A stretch of DNA of 63,267 bases, the filler included, from Olpidium bornovanus S191 (Eukaryota; Fungi; Olpidiomycota): the NCBI GenBank assembly GCA_017911155.1. It is 32 parts of 32 records of this genome, joined end to end, with 100 filler letters (N's around TTAATTAATTAA, not from the genome) between each part and the next. Parts side by side here need not be neighbours in the genome. Positions count along the whole stretch, not along the records: positions 61,216 to 63,267 come from JAEFCI010011915.1; 31 more parts are not named here. The stretch is one strand, 5' to 3'. The stretch's first letter is position 1. The number at the start of each line of letters is the position of its first letter. A program made the position numbers and the translations under genes. Shown here in pieces: positions 61,335-63,267 of the stretch. The notes below the pieces were generated by a model. That model worked only from the letters and a program-made list of their open reading frames with translations. It had not been told where the DNA came from and did no database searches.

Positions 61335-62200
61335 AGCTTGACGGTCACCTCCAGAAGCTTTTGAAATTGCGTCCGGTTCCCCGTCCGTGATCGGACGCAC
61401 GTCGCGGAACATCCTTGGTTATTCTTATCAATTCAGGCCGCTTTTTTGGTATTTCCTTCTTTCTTGGAAGAGGAAAGCAGGGATCACCAGGAGCTGAAGG
61501 AGCAACAGCAGAAGAGGAGGGATGGAACACAGGAACTTGCACGATTGCGGGAACTGGTGCGGAAGTGGGTTACACACGAAGCTGCACTACTGTCGGATCC
61601 CAAAGGCCTCCAGACAGTACAGGCATGTGCCATTTCTTCCTGCCAGGGGCAGACGGGGTCGACTTTCCCCTTCTGAACGCGGAAGTTTCACGCAGAAGTG
61701 CGCGCCTTTACCACTACTGGTGCCGCTTCCTGCTTGTTAGTTGCTGGAGCTTCCCCGCTCACCCGCGCCGTTTGTGTGGGACTGCGGTTTCTCGTGTGCG
61801 AGATGGGCGCCGCTTCCTGCCTTCCTTTGGGAAAGCAAGGTCTTAACGCTTCGGCAGCTCGGTGCTTTACCTGCGGCAAAACCAAAACTGTAACGAGCGT
61901 TCGCTGCCCAGGCATCGGCCGGCTCACAGCAGTGACGGCGAGCATTGCGCCGCCGGGGCCACGTCTTCTCGCCGACGTCGCGTGGCCAGATCCGCCAGGT
62001 CGACGACCGTCGCCTTCCGCTTCCTCCCCGCCCCGCCCCGCCCCGCCCCCGCGCACGCGCGCAGCAAAAACAAAAAAAAAAAGAAAAAGAAAAAAAACCC
62101 GTGCGCTCCGCCTCCCCCCGCTGCTCTTACCGCCACACATCCCCCGCACCCCGCACCCTTGCTCAGGCAAGTTCGGCTCTCGCATCTGTCCCCCGCACCC

Positions 62201-63188
62201 ATGGCGTCTGCTGTCAAACTCTCCTCGCAGCAATGCATCCAGTGGGAGGCCGAATTTGGCGCGCACAAGTGAGTGCCTCCCCCCCCGCGAGGCGCGTGTT
62301 CGCGGTTCCTCGCGTCTCCTGCCGCCTCCGCGGTTTTACGGTTCGCGCGGTAGATGCGCAGTGGCGGAGAGCATTGACGTGGGGGAGCCTCTGGCCGGTC
62401 TCGCAATTCAAACACCCGAACCCTATTTCCTTCCGCGTACAGCTACCACCCTCTTCCTGTGGTGCTTTCCCGAGGGAGCGGTGTGAACGTATGGGACCCC
62501 GAGGGCAAGAAGTACATGGACTTCCTGTCTGCCTACTCGGCGGTCAACCAGGGCCACTGCCACCCGAAGCTCGTCAAGGCCCTCTGCGACCAGGCGCAGA
62601 CGCTCACATTGAGCTCGCGGGCCTTCTACAACGACAAGTTCTGCAATTTTGCCAAGCACGTCACCCAGGTGGGCCAAATGCGCTGCGCGCGGCCGTCGGC
62701 ACTCGGGCTTGGCGCCTCCCGAGATATTGCGAGGCAGGGAAGACGGGGTTTTGCTTGTGCGGTGCGGAACGGTCTGCCGGTTTCGGACGATCCGCAGTTG
62801 ACCCCTCGAATATAAACGCGCGCGGAAACGATCAGCTCTTTGGGTTTGACATGGTCCTCCCGATGAACACGGGCGCGGAGGCCGTGGAGACGGCGATCAA
62901 GCTCGCCCGCAAGTGGGGCTACCTCGTGAAGAAGATCCCGCGCGACGAGGCTATCGTCCTATCCGTCACTGACAATTTCCACGGCCGCACCACTGCGATC
63001 ATCTCGATGTCCACCGACCCCACAGCCAGGGACGACTTCGGTCCCTTCCTGAGCAACGTTGGACCCCGCATTCCGGGAACCGACAAGCCTATCCGGTACA
63101 ACCACGCGGAAGACCTCGAGGAGGCCCTCAGAACTCACGGCAATAAAGTTGCCGCTTTCCTCGTCGAGCCCATTCAGGGAGAGGCTGG
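62201..63188 (+). CDS. CAR2: Ornithine aminotransferase, first three exons (3' end beyond the window)
   Basis: Exons 62201-62268, 62443-62668 and 62836-63188: [49 protein letters not shown]...[11 protein letters not shown]...[23 protein letters not shown]...NFHGRT...[14 protein letters not shown]. Confidence 0.98.
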
Positions 63189-63267
63189 GTGAGCACCCCG
63201 GTCGTTCTCGATCCGAGGAATTAACATTCTGGATGCGTCGACCGACGCGACTCACATTTGCGGCATG

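Overview
This is a eukaryotic draft assembly, not a continuous locus. It consists of 32 short contigs (about 1.1-4.6 kb each) joined by 31 identical artificial 100-bp linkers (44 N + TTAATTAATTAA + 44 N), so nothing can be inferred from adjacency across a linker. The DNA is GC-rich, has many GT-AG introns and contains many homopolymer runs. Flagellar/centriolar genes (outer-arm dynein heavy chain, CFAP251, Chibby, SAM-kinesin-13, Sfi1-like) occur alongside fungal-type genes (fungal Cox7, DUF1769, kelch protein with a GGFxQYxDEVYN motif). This points to a zoosporic fungus; an Olpidium-like, whole-genome-amplified assembly would fit, but that is inference. Other recognisable gene fragments are coronin, Sds22, NAD kinase, PDH E2, ornithine aminotransferase, a USP-domain protein, FAM72, anoctamin, and FMP27-, Gemin7- and C1orf109-like genes. 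Many contigs carry decayed transposons (Ty1/copia, Ty3/gypsy, PIF/Harbinger). The best finding is a complete 364-bp miniature LTR element (TRIM) at 32458-32821 with 5-bp TSD, PBS and PPT, whose two LTRs each contain a tRNA-derived cloverleaf. Other notable elements are a copia integrase tail followed by a chromodomain, a Ty3-type Gag behind a copia/Ty5-type half-tRNA PBS, a plant Bianca-like copia RNase H, and a structured 118-bp solo LTR inserted in an exon. All family assignments come from motif recognition by eye; no searches were run.
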